From: Octopus sinensis
Lineage: Eukaryota
Length of the DNA stretch: 64,000 nt
NCBI RefSeq assembly: GCF_006345805.1
Contig: NC_043007.1
Coordinates: 17,856,001-17,920,000 of the forward strand
Direction: 5' to 3'
Under the pieces are notes generated by a model. It was not told where the DNA came from, made no database searches, and saw only the letters and a program-made list of their open reading frames with translations. Shown here in pieces: positions 13,532 through 25,440 of this stretch. The translations under genes and the position numbers were made by a program. Numbering within the stretch: position 1 is the stretch's first letter; the number at the start of each line of letters is the position of its first letter.

Positions 13532-14768
13532 AATAAAATAGAACATATGCATCTATATAACATATATGTACGTACCTACCTCTACATGTACATATACACG
13601 CATATATGTGTACAGGACACCAAAAAGACGTCGAACATATAGAGAGACGAAAAACATAGACACAAACCAAGGAACAAGACAAGCAAAAAAAGAGATACAG
13701 GACAATAAGCACAACGAAAAATCCCCTTCTCAGTCGCTAAGGTTTCATCTACTAAACGTTTCGAAGGATAAAAGCGAGACGTATACTTCGAAGAAAACTT
13801 CCTTCCTGCGAAAAGCAAATCAATTAAAATTCTGAGATCTTTTCGCAGAGGGGTAAAAAAGCAAGACGGTAACGACAATACAAACATATAAACAGTAAAA
13901 AATATATATATATAAACAGTGGGAAAATAAATATATACAGTGAGAGACAGGACAAGGAGAACAAGATAAGAAGGGCTGTTAACGCCAGACGAAAAAAGTA
14001 TTGCAAACGCTGGATTATAGTGGACGACGAGAGAGAAAGAATGTCGACCAGTAGCCTTAGAAGGCGGGCGAGAAAAGACAGGATAGCAGTTACGACGGAA
14101 GTATCGTCGCAGATGGACGACGGAATGGGGGAGGAGGAGCAAGAGGAAGAGAGAGAAGAAGGGGAATGTGCGAGGAGACCATGAAGAACGGTGAGGGGGA
14201 GAGAGGAGAGAGGAAGAGACAAGTTAAGTGAGGGAAAAAAGACGAAAAAGGGAAGTGGGAGAGAAAGAAAGAAAGATGCAGAGTCGCGTGAGAGTTAATA
14301 TCAAGGCTAACTTGATAAACAGAACAATCTTACTTAATAGGGTGCGTGCGTTTAGTCGTATAATATGTTAATAAAATAGAACATATGCATATATATAAAC
14401 ATATATGTACGTACCTACCTCTACATGTACATATACACGCATATATGTGTACAGGACACCAAAAAGACGTCGAACACATAGAGAGACGAAAAACATAGAC
14501 ACAAACCAAGAACAAGACAAGCAAAAAAAGAGATACAGGACAATAAGCACAACGAAAAATCCCCTTCTTCAGTCGCTAAGGTTTCATCTACTAAACGTTT
14601 CGAAGATAAAGCGAGACGTATACTTCGAAGAAAACTTCCTTCCTGCGAAAAGCAAATCAATTAAAATTCTGAGATCTTTTCGCAGAGGGGTAAAAAAAGC
14701 AAGACGGTAACGACAGTACAAACATATAAACAGTAAAAAATATATATATAAACAGTGGAAAAATAAAT
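13525..14768. repeat. ~407-bp direct repeat pair (13525-13932, 14363-14768) around a purine-rich spacer
   Basis: Near-identical blocks 838 bp apart. Confidence 0.9.
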
Positions 14769-14814
14769 GTATGTATGTATATGTGTGTATGTATGTGTAT
14801 ATATATATATATGC

Positions 14815-14845
<31 letters not shown>

Positions 14846-15229
14846 TGTATGTATGTATGTATATCGATTTACTTTCAAAATTCTTTGAGTAGCCAAAGAA
14901 TAATGGTGCATCTCCGATGAAGAACGCTTTTTCCCGATACAGAGCTTTTAGATATTTCCCAATTATTGTTCTGTTCTCTGAAGACAAGAAGAAGATGTTT
15001 TCCCACCGTCTTTAATCATCAGAGCTAAGACTACTCGCGAGTGCGCGCACACACACGTGCGTGCATGTATATTATTACAATGAAAAATGCAGGCGCATGC
15101 ATATTAGTATTCTTAAGTTATTACACCTGGAAAATTACAGGAAAAGATTTGTATTAGGTCGTCAAGTATAAAATTTGTAGTAAAATATGGTAAACTTTGA
15201 CAGCTGCTCATTTTGCGCCATTATTATAA

Positions 15230-15462
15230 AAGGCGGCGAGCTGGCAGAAATGTTAGCACGCCGAGCGAAATGCATAGCCGTATTTCGTCTACCGTTACGT
15301 TCTGAGTTCAAATTCCGCCGAGGTCGACTTTGCCTTTCATCCTTTCGGGGTCGATAAATTAAGTACCGGTTACGCACTGGGGTCGATGTAATCGACTTAA
15401 TCCGTTTGTCTGTCCTTGTTTGTCCCCTCTATGTTTAGCCCCTTGTGGGCAGTAAAGAAATA
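15230..15462 (+). mobile_element. SINE-B monomer
   Basis: AAGGCGGCGAGCTGGCAGAA...GAGTTCAAATTCC...GTAAAGAAATA; 9-bp TSD ATTATTATA. Confidence 0.92.
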
Positions 15463-15964
15463 ATTATTATATTTTGACAATCTTTACTTTTTTTGTTAGA
15501 AAGCTGGCACATCTATTTCTTTATTCTAACTCATTTTGCTCTTTATAAAGTATTTATAAACGTTTTTGCTATTTTTTGTTTAGAGATGGATAAGAAATTA
15601 ACATTCAGAAATTGATGTGAACCTTAAATGTCTTAGTCAAGTGCGGGCAGTAAAAGTTACATATTTCCAACGAATCAATAGATAGCTTGCTTCATTATAG
15701 TGTACAGATATGATTGCAGAGGTTATAAACCGTCAGGATTTTCACAATACTAACGAGCTCTTTCTTCCTATAAGGTCAGGAATTTTCTGCAGATATAATG
15801 GAATTAATTTGATTGGAATGAATCTTATGATTATTACTTAGATCAAAATATGTGTGTGTGTGGAACGTAGCCTTTTTCCATAGCATTAGTGATTAAATTA
15901 TAATTTATATTTCGTTTTTGGATTTGGTTTGCAAGATTCTTTATATGAGTTCGTGTGTTGAAGC

Positions 15965-16258
15965 ATATTCTGTTGTGTCTGGGGAGAGTCATTTTCTTTT
16001 TCTGCCTTATAATTTAACATACTCACCGGTAAAATTTCCATTTATTTCTTATTTTTATTTTCCTAAAATTTTCGTTGCGTCTTGCAACCTTTTCAATAGT
16101 CTTGACTTCAATAGTCTTGACTCTCTATTGAAAAGGTTGCAAGATGCAACGAAAATTTTAGGAAAATAAAAATAAGAAATAAGTGGAAATTTTACTGGTG
16201 AGTGTGTTACATTACAAGGCACAAAAAGAAAATTACTCTCCCCAGACACAACAGAATA
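15965..16258. repeat. Fold-back inverted repeat, ~135-bp arms, 25-bp spacer
   Basis: 15965-16099 is the reverse complement of 16125-16258 with about 8 mismatches. Confidence 0.92.
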
Positions 16259-16553
16259 TCTATATATAAAACTAAAGTTGTGTGTCTGTCTCCTACGATT
16301 TAGATTCCTAACTACTCCCACATTTTGCGGTGCAGTGTAACCAAAAGCGGGTATCTTATAGTCGTGATTCATATCGAGCCCTTCTGGGTATTAGCGCGCG
16401 TCTACGATGAGTCAACGATTTAAAAAAAAATTTAACATAATTTTTTTTCCATTTTTAATGCATTTTTTTGCTATTTTTTGGCTATAACTCTCTAAAAATG
16501 CTTATATAGTTATTTTCCTTACAAACCCGAGCAACGCCGGGCGATACTGCTAG
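16259..16553 (+). mobile_element. Non-autonomous Helitron
   Basis: 5' TC, 3' CTAG, subterminal hairpin CCCGAGCAACGCCGGG, between A and T, no TSD; second copy at 56873. Confidence 0.85.
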
Positions 16554-16701
16554 TAATTTATAAACAAATTGTAATATAAAAGACTACACTTTGTCATGAT
16601 TGTAATTGGAACTCACATCCACAATATTTTCTTGGTCGTAATTTGGCTTTATTACAACAGCATCAGCAAAGTATGAAATTTTAAATTCTCTTTGTATCAA
16701 A

Positions 16702-16937
16702 TATTCTTTTATTCTTTTACTTGTTTCAGTCATGTGACTGTGGCTATGCTGGAGCACCGCCTTTAGTCGAACAAATTGACCACAGGACTTATTCTTTGTA
16801 AGCCCAGTACTTATTCTATCGGTCTCATTTGCAGAACCGCTAAGTTACGGGGACGTAAACCCACCAACATCGGTTGTCAAGCGATGGTGGTGGGGACAAA
16901 CACAGTCATACAAATACATACATACATCTCCCCCCCA

Positions 16938-16981
<44 letters not shown>

Positions 16982-17544
16982 GGCGCAGGAGTGGCTGTGT
17001 GGTAAGTAGTTTGCTTACCAAACACATGGCACCTTGGGCAAGTGTCTTCTACTATAGCCTCGGGCCGACCAAAGCCTTGTGAGTGGATTTGGTAGACGGA
17101 AACTGAAAGAAACCCGCCGTATATATGTATATGTATGTGTGTGTGTGTGTGTGTGTTTTGTGTGTCTGAGTTTGTCCCCCTAACATTGCTTGACAACCAG
17201 TGCTGATGTGTTTACATCCCCGTAACTTAGCGGTTCGGCCAAAGAGACCGATAGAATAAGTATTGGGCTTACAGAGAATAAGTCCTGGGGTCGATTTGTT
17301 CGACTAAAGGCGGTGCTCCAGCATGGCCGCAGTCAAATGACTGAAACAAGTAAAAGAGTAAGGAGTATATATATATATAGGCGCAGGAGTGGCTGTGTGG
17401 TAAGTAGCTTGCTAACCAACCACATGGTTCCGGGTTCAGTCCCACTGCGTGGCATCTTGGGCGAGTGTCTTCTGCTATAGCCCCGGGCCGACCAATGCCT
17501 TGTGAGTGGATTTGGTAGACGGAAACTGAAAGAAGCCTGTCGTA

Positions 17545-17578
<34 letters not shown>

Positions 17579-17920
17579 GTGTGTTTGTGTGTCTGTGTTT
17601 GTCCCCCTAGCATTGCTTGACAACCGATGCTGGTGTGTTTACGTCCCCGTTACTTAGCGGTTCGGCAAAAAAGAGACCGATAGAATAAGTACTGGGCTTA
17701 CAAAGAATAAGTCCCGGGGTCGATTTGCTCGACTAAAGGCGGTGCTCCAGCATGGCCGCAGTCAAATGACTGAAACAAGTAAAAGAGTAAAAGAGTATAT
17801 ATATACGACGGGCTTCGTTCAGTTTCCGTCTACCAAATCCACTCACAAGGCTTTGGTCGGTCCGAGGCTATAGTGTGACTGAACTTGGAAACATGTGGTT
17901 GGGAAGGAAGCTTCTTACCA
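16702..17920. mobile_element. Nested SINE-A cluster: split minus copy (16702-16910 and 17804-17920) enclosing two plus copies (16981-17360, 17379-17797)
   Basis: The two arms of one minus-strand element flank two complete plus-strand elements joined by (TA)n. Confidence 0.85.
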
Positions 17921-19013
17921 ATAATAACATAACTATTGCTTATCATGCAGATTACAAGATAGAATTTATTTGTTTCTTCTCTAATCTAACTTTTAAATAT
18001 CATAGAATATAGATGTATAAATGTTTTATTTGCGTTGGTATCATATAGTGCAACATTACTCAGGAGAATTAATTAGGATAAAATGCTAAGTCAACGCAAA
18101 GCACTTAATTAAATTTCAAAATTAAAATACTAAATTGTACTTAGGGGTCATTTAGTTGAATACTTAATAGTTTTAAAGCTAAATCCCATCATTTTCAGTC
18201 TGTTTGCCAAGGTTTCCACCATTATTGACAGATATTTTACATTGAAGAGCATTCAAGGAATTACACTTTAAGATTCCGAATTAACCAAGATCAAGAAAGG
18301 ACTTTATATTCCAGGTTTCAGCTACTGTGGGTTTTGGGAGATTATAATCCATTAGATTGCATTTTAGTACTTGACTAGTACTTATGCTGTCATCTGATAA
18401 AGCAGAGAAGTCAATCCCTGCAGGATTTGAACTCAGAGCTCAAAGATGTGGGTAGCTAAATTCAATTGCTCTACTGATTCTTCCACCTACTGTTTGACCT
18501 TACTTGCTAAAATAATGGTATAAAGTACACAGATTGTATGCCGAAGGATGTTGTTATTGTTATTGTTGTTGCTTGGCATTGAATAGTTCAGTGGGGACAA
18601 GTGACAGTCAACAAGTTACAACCGACAAACCACATGTAAGTTACAGACTAGTTACAGTCCATAAATCAGTCATTATGTCACAGCCAAGTCACAATTAACA
18701 CGTTACAGTCATGTTACAGTCAAGTTACAACCAAGCCAACAAGTCACAGGCGTGTTATAATCAACGTGTAACATCAACAAGTCGCAGTCAACAAGACACA
18801 ACCAACATGTCACAATCAATGCGTTACAGCCAAGTTACTGATGAGTTACAATAAAGATGCCACGGTCAAGAAATCAAAGTGAACAACTCTATAAGGTTAG
18901 ATAAAGAACGTTGTGAAAATTGAATATTAATTTGATTAGCATCAATTAAAAACCAACGGTCTAGCATGTAGAAAAATCTGAAGATTCAGAAAAATGATAT
19001 TACATGCATATAA

Positions 19014-19353
19014 GAGGGATGACCACTAAGTGGACATCCATTATGCTAGAAGTCGACCCCCCCCCTATGGTCTTACCACTAAGAAAGGAATGTTCTCGAG
19101 AAAATTTAGCAAACGCCAGAACGTAAGCTTACGTTCACTTAGTGGTCATCCTTCGCGTGTGTACCGTTGGCGATTTTGCCCCCGTCTTCCCTTCTCTGGA
19201 TCTTTCCTTTTCCTATGTTTCTGACGAAGAGCTCCGCTCGAAACGTTAAATCCTCCTTCTTCCCTTCCTTCCTGAGCGTCCAATAATATTATATTTGTTC
19301 CACGTCCTCGCGTTGTTGTGTTTTCTCTTTGTGTTTTCATGTTTGGATTAACT
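19014..19353 (+). mobile_element. Penelope-like terminal repeat (pLTR) fragment with an inverted segment
   Basis: 19155-19353 matches 52087-52288 (minus); contains a hammerhead core; 22-bp inverted repeat 19014-19035/19133-19154. Confidence 0.65.
19216..19285 (+). ncRNA. Candidate type I hammerhead ribozyme
   Basis: CTGACGA-A-GAGC-tcc-GCTC-GAAA-CGTT...AGCGT-C: core, 4-bp helix II, helix III and GUC site at 19278-19280; helix I weak. Confidence 0.6.
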
Positions 19354-19841
19354 ATATATATACACATATATATACGAGGGGCTTCTTTCAGTTTGTCTGC
19401 TATTTCTTGCATGCTCCCGACCACATTAAGCCCTCTCCTCCCTTCTATTGGTTCTGAAAGTTGTTCGGGAAGGATGATTTGCGTATCAGTCAAGACTAAA
19501 ATAAATCGGTGGAGACAGAGTTTAAGACGTTTCAATGTTCCATGGACAATAGAATGAGTGAGAAGCGGAATTGTACAACTTATTCTTTCTGTATAATATC
19601 AATCATGTTTTATATTTGACTTGTCTCAGTCTTCGGACTGCGGCCATACTGGGGCACCATCATAAAGAGTTTTAGTTGAGAAACTCACCTCCCCCCCACC
19701 AGTAATTATTTCTTTTAAAATTTGACCCTACTCGTATTCTATTGGCCTCTTTTTCCAAACAGCTAGTTTACAGATGATATAAACAAACCCACACCGGTTA
19801 CCAAGTGATACTAAGGGAACAGGCGTAAAACAACACGTACA

Positions 19842-20448
19842 AAGGCGGCGAGCTGGCAGAAACGTTAGCACGCCGGGCGAAATGCGTACCCGTATTTCGT
19901 CTGCCGTTACGTTCTGAGTTCAAATTCCGCCGAGGTCGACTTTGCCTTTCATCCTTTCGGGGTCGATAAATTAAGTACCAGTTACGAACTGGGGTCGATG
20001 TAATCGACTTAATACCTATGTCTGTCCTTGTTTGTTCCCTCTATGTTTAGCCCCTTGTGGGTAATAAAGAAATAGGTATTTCGTCTGCCGCTACGTTCTG
20101 AGTTCAAATTCCGCCGAGGTCAACTTTGCCTTTCATCCTTTCGGGGTCGATTAAATAAGTACCAGTTACGCACTGGGGTCGATATAATCGACTTAATCTG
20201 TTTGTCTGTCCTTGTTTGTCCTCTCTGTGTTTAGCCCCTTGTGGATAGTAAAGAAAGGGGTATTTCGTCGGCCGTTACGTTCTGAGTTCAAATTCCGCCG
20301 AGGTCGACTTTGCCTTTCATCCTTTCGGGGTCGATTAAATAAATACCAGTTACGCACTGAGGTCGATGTAATCGACTTAATCCGTTTGTCTGTCCTTGTT
20401 TGTCCCTTCTATGTTTAGCTCCTTGTGGGTAGTAAAGAAATAAGAAAT
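19842..20448 (+). mobile_element. SINE-B trimer inserted into an old SINE-A-like element
   Basis: One full unit plus two units restarting at GGTATTTCG (20075, ~20259); single TSD ACAACACGTACA (19830-19841, 20449-20460). Confidence 0.92.
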
Positions 20449-20859
20449 ACAACACGTACACACGCGCGAGCGCACAAACACTATTGATAGATAGGTATAC
20501 GATGGCTTCACTCACAAGGTATTTCTCGACTTGGTATTACAGTAGAAGACGCTCGCCCAAATAGCCGCGCAGTGGGGCCGAACCCGACACCACGTGGTTG
20601 CAAAGCGAGTCTCTTAACCACACCAGCCATGCCCGCAGCCTATTGCATGTTATTTTTTTCTACATATTATTGATCATTCATAAAAAAGAAAGAAAAACAA
20701 CGAAGTAAAAACACAATCTTATGATTTTGCTACTTCATAAATAAATCTCTCTCTGTATTTATTTCCTCATTTTTGAATCAATACCTCAAAAACCAGTGGC
20801 AAGCACACACCCACACTCAGCAACATAACGGAGCTGAGGGGATGGGTGGAGAGAAGCAA

Positions 20860-20926
20860 CATCACCACCACCACCACCACCACCACCACCACCACCACCA
20901 CCACCACCACCACCACCAACAACAAC

Positions 20927-20978
<52 letters not shown>

Positions 20979-21000
20979 CGACGACGACGACGACGACGTA
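20860..21000. repeat. (ACC)n(AAC)n(GAC)n compound trinucleotide tract
   Basis: Direct reading. Confidence 0.95.
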
Positions 21001-21304
21001 ATCTTGAGGTTATTTCTGTGTATTTATTTAATCATCCAATGGAATGTGGACCAACTGAAACTAATGTCAATCTATTTCATTGAATTTTATTATTATTATT
21101 ATTATTATTGCTTTGAAACCGCAAAGCAAACACACACGCACACGCACACACTACAAACAAAAAGCAATGATATCATCAACTCCCAACTACAAACATTTGT
21201 TGCAATTCAAAACAGAAGGAACACTGAACTAAAGGGAACTCAATGACAATGACGATGACGATGACGACGACGATGACGACTATGAAAAGAAAGAAGAGTA
21301 ACAA

Positions 21305-21765
21305 CAGGCAGCTGGCAGAAACGTTAGCGCGCCGGGCGAAATGCTTAGCGGTATTTTGTCTGCCATTACGTTCTGAGTTCAAATTCCGCCAAGGTCGACT
21401 TTGCCTTTCATCCTTTCGGGGTCGATTAAATAAGTACCAGTTACGCAATGGGGTCGATATAATCGACTTAACCCGTTTGTCTGTCCTTGTTTGTCCTCTC
21501 TGTGTTTAGCCCCTTGTGGGTAGTAAAGAAATAGGTATTTCGTCTGTCGTTACGTTATGAGTTCAAATTCCGCCGAGGTCGACTTTGCCTTTCATCCTTT
21601 CGGGGTCGATTAAATAAGTACCAGTTACGCAGTGGGGTCGATATAATCGACTTAACCCGTTTGTCTGTCCACTCTATGTTTAACCCCTTGTGGGTAATAA
21701 AGAAATAAGAATCGTTAGCACGCTGGGCGAAATGCTTAACGGTATTTCGCCTGCCGCTACGTTCC
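21305..21765 (+). mobile_element. SINE-B dimer plus partial third unit
   Basis: Junction GAAATA-GGTATTTCG at 21534. Confidence 0.88.
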
Positions 21766-22704
21766 TCTTCTTCGACACCACAACACAGTCGCACTGGCTG
21801 AACACCACCACTGGCTGTGGTTTTCTGCCTGTCTACCTCCAGAGGCAATGCGCCCCCACTAACGGAGCTTAAGATAGTAGCTGAGAGCAGCACACTTCAC
21901 CTTTCCTGTAAAGAAACCAGTTGTAAATAGCAGTTGTACTTGCAGTCTTTTCTCTTCGCTTGCCGGAAGCCTGAACTACAGAAAGAACAAGAAGAATGAT
22001 GGAAGGAGATGATATTCCTCCGATATCATAAACCTTGCCTTCCATTATTAAGCACTTTCAGCTTCATACCTATTATCATTGGAGCAACAAGGTATATGCC
22101 AACTCGTCTAGAGTAAAGTATTGCTGAACTTGGGTTCTTGAGAAGAGAACGCAAATCCCTAATTCCTACACTGCAAATGATCACGCTGTCTGGGACTGTA
22201 AAAATCTGCAATACCTTTTTAAGATTTAAGGGATAATGACCAGCACACTGTACTTTCATTCACAACTTTGCTATTAAGCAGGTGGCCGGTCAAAATCTAT
22301 TCTGAATTAAAAGGAGAAAGAAAACATACATACGTACGTACGTATGTGTGTATTTATGTATGACGGGCTACCATACAGTTTCGTCTACGAAATTCACACT
22401 TGCAAGGCATTGGGCGGCCCAGATGCTGTGCGGTGGGACTGAATCCGCGATCATGTGGTTGCAAAGCGAGCTTCTTCACCACACAGCCGTGCCTGCACCA
22501 TAGTGATGGTGACAGGGTTTCAATTTCAGACAACTACGGAATTGATAAGAAATTCCTGGTGAAAGGTATTAAGGAAGGTTTAAGATGGAATATCTGCTAG
22601 TTGTTGTTGCTGTTGCTGTCGTGAGGGTGATAGTAGTGGTGCTGTTGTGTTATGTAGAAGTCTCTAGAAGTTGTAGCAGTGACAGTGATAGTAGTAGCGT
22701 GTTT

Positions 22705-23094
22705 GTGGAGGCGCAATGGCCCAGTGGTTAGGGCAGCGGACTCGCGGTCATAGGATCGCGGTTTCGATTCCCAGACCGGGCGTTGTGAGTGTTTATTGAG
22801 CGAAAACACCTAAAAGCTCCACGAGGCTCCGGCAGGGATGGTGGTGATCCCTGCTGTACTCTTTCATCACAACTTTCTCTCACTCTTACTTCCTGTTTCT
22901 GTTGTACCTGTATTTCAAAGAGCCGGCCTTGTCACTCTCTGTGTCACGCTGAATATCTCCGAGAACTACGTTAAGGGTACACGTGTCTGTGGAGTGCTCA
23001 GCCACTTACACGTTAATTTCACGAGCAGGCTGTTCCGTTGATTCGGATCAACCGGAACCCTCATCGTCGTAACCGACGGAGTGCTTCCATATCC
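22705..23094 (+). mobile_element. SINE-C1
   Basis: Matches 11859 copy; 12-bp TSD AGTAGCGTGTTT (22693-22704, 23095-23106). Confidence 0.93.
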
Positions 23095-23144
23095 AGTAGC
23101 GTGTTTATGAAGACGCTTCATAGATGCTATTGTTGTTGCTGTTG

Positions 23145-23625
23145 TCTTCTTCCTCTTCCAATCAGGACTCACGCCATTAGCCACAAAAGAATAATCTCTA
23201 ATTCGAGCCTACTCTAAGCTACTAAAAGTGCGTGTGGCAACTTGAAGATCCTTCCACCACACGCGATAGACTGGCAGTTGCACGGGCGCGAAAGCTACGT
23301 TGTTATCCTCATTCCGTAAACGGTGACTTTTTAACGGGTGGAGAGCTGAACCATCCTGGGGTACAGAGGATTCGCAATCTAGACTAGGGTCTGAAAGTTT
23401 ACCACACCATAGTGGGCTACACCATGGTTCCTCTGCTTTGTGGCAGAAGTAGGAAGAAAGAGTGAGAGAAAGTTGTGGTGAAAGAGTACAGCGGGGTCCA
23501 CCCCCACCCCTCGTGGAGCTTAGGTATTTTTTGCTCAATAAACACGATGCCCGGTCTGGGAATCGAAACCACGTTCTTACGACCGCGAATCCGCTGCCCT
23601 AACCACTGGGCCATTGCGCCTCCAC
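23145..23625 (-). mobile_element. SINE-C3 (SINE-C head and body, different tail)
   Basis: Head as in C1; 15-bp TSD TTGTTGTTGCTGTTG (23130-23144, 23626-23640). Confidence 0.8.
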
Positions 23626-24213
23626 TTGTTGTTGCTGTTGCAGCAGTCATGGTAGTGGTGATATGTTGCCTTGGAGAAGTTGTTGCAATAATTGTAGGGG
23701 GTGGTGGTGGCGGTGGCGGTGATGCATTTGTGTAAGAACCTCTTAGAAAGATTGTTACCTTTGTCGTTGTTGTTGTTGTTGTCAGGGTCGGCGATGGTAG
23801 TGGTGGTGATGTTGGTGGTGGTGATGATGATGATGATGATGATGGTGAGGATGGTGGTGATGTCGATTAGTTTATATAAAAATCTCTTGAAAAAAAGATT
23901 GTTAGGGATGGTGACGATGGTTTGGTATCGGTGGCGGTGTTGGAGGTATGTTTATATAGAATTTGCCTTGGAGAGAAAAAAGTAGGTGTAGGTGGGGGTG
24001 GTAGTGGTCATGACAGTGATGCATTTTGGAAAGATTATTGCTGCACTTGTGGTGGTGGTGGTGGGGGCGTTTCTTAAGCGGAAGATTCTCGGCGGGAGAA
24101 ATCGTTGCTATTGTCTCAAAGGATAAATGTCTGCTGTTCAGTGAAGCGTTTATAAATCGACGAAAAAAATTTTTTAAAGCCAAAACACTGCCAACTGCCT
24201 CTCTCGTTCGTTG

Positions 24214-24254
<41 letters not shown>

Positions 24255-24457
24255 CGAGTGTGCGTAGGTGAGAGTGTGTGGGTATATGAGTGTTTGTATG
24301 TGTGTGTGTATGTGTGAAAGTGTGTGTGAGTGTGTATATGTGTGTTTATGTGTGTGTGAGTGTCTGTGTGTCCTGTATCACTGCCATATACCTTTACTGG
24401 TTTCTGTATGCTGAGGCAGCTGGAAGTCCCTGTATTGAAGAATGGTCCCATCAGAGG

Positions 24458-24497
<40 letters not shown>

Positions 24498-24589
24498 CGC
24501 TTGGTAAGAGGGAGAGAGAAAGAAAGAGGAGAACTGTTGTGAAGAAAAGGAGGTGTAGGAGTGGATGCAAGGGATGATAGAGAAGGGAA

Positions 24590-24906
24590 GAAAGACAGGA
24601 AAGTGGAAGAAAGAAGAGGAAAGATTTGGCAGAGGTGGTGGTGGTCGTGGTTGGAAGTGATCAGAGAGAGAGAAAGATAGTGTGTGTGTGAGAGAGAGTG
24701 TTTGTGTGAGAGAGAGAGGGGAGGGTGAAAGAGAGAGAAGAGGGTGAAAGAGAGAGAGAAGAGGGTGAAAGAGAGAGAGCGGGGAGGGGAGAGTGAAAGA
24801 GAGAGGAAAGGAGTAAGAAATAGAGAGGGAGAGAGAGAGAGAGATCAAATAGGTGAGATATGGAAAAAGGGAAGAAGGGAAGCAACAGCATTTATACGAG
24901 AAGGAA

Positions 24907-24957
<51 letters not shown>

Positions 24958-25440
24958 TGAGAGAGAGAGAAAGGAGAGAAAGAGAGAGAAAGGAGAGAGA
25001 TGAGGAAGGAAGAGCAAATGGGAGAAGAAGCGGGTGGGATAAGGTAGAGGTGGGGAGAAACTGTTTTTGTAACACTACCACCACCACCTCCACCACCCCC
25101 ACCACCAACAACAACAACATGAACGATAACAGCAGCAACACGAACTCCAACAGATGTAATCTTTTTATTGATGACAACACATCTATATACACTCACATAT
25201 ATACACCCATGAATCTACGCATAATAATATTGAGAGATATGCATCAAAATCTGCTCCCCCCCTTCTCCCTCACCCGATCATATATGCACCACACAGACAC
25301 ACACATACACACACATACACACACACATACACACACATGCACACACACATACATACACAGGCACACACACAGACACACACACACACACACATACACACAC
25401 ACATACATACACACACACACAGACACACACACAGAGCACC
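24590..25440. repeat. GA-rich and CA-rich low-complexity region
   Basis: Direct reading. Confidence 0.9.

Noticed and set aside
14560-14640. Hammerhead in the direct repeat (minus strand)
   Set aside because: CTGAAGA and GAAAC words are present, but helices II and III and a cleavage triplet could not be built consistently.
20773-21246. Poly-His/Asn/Asp protein
   Set aside because: Translation of (ACC)(AAC)(GAC) microsatellites; no complex sequence or splice support.
21840-22250. Possible old LINE coding fragment
   Set aside because: No diagnostic EN or RT motif recovered in any frame by eye.
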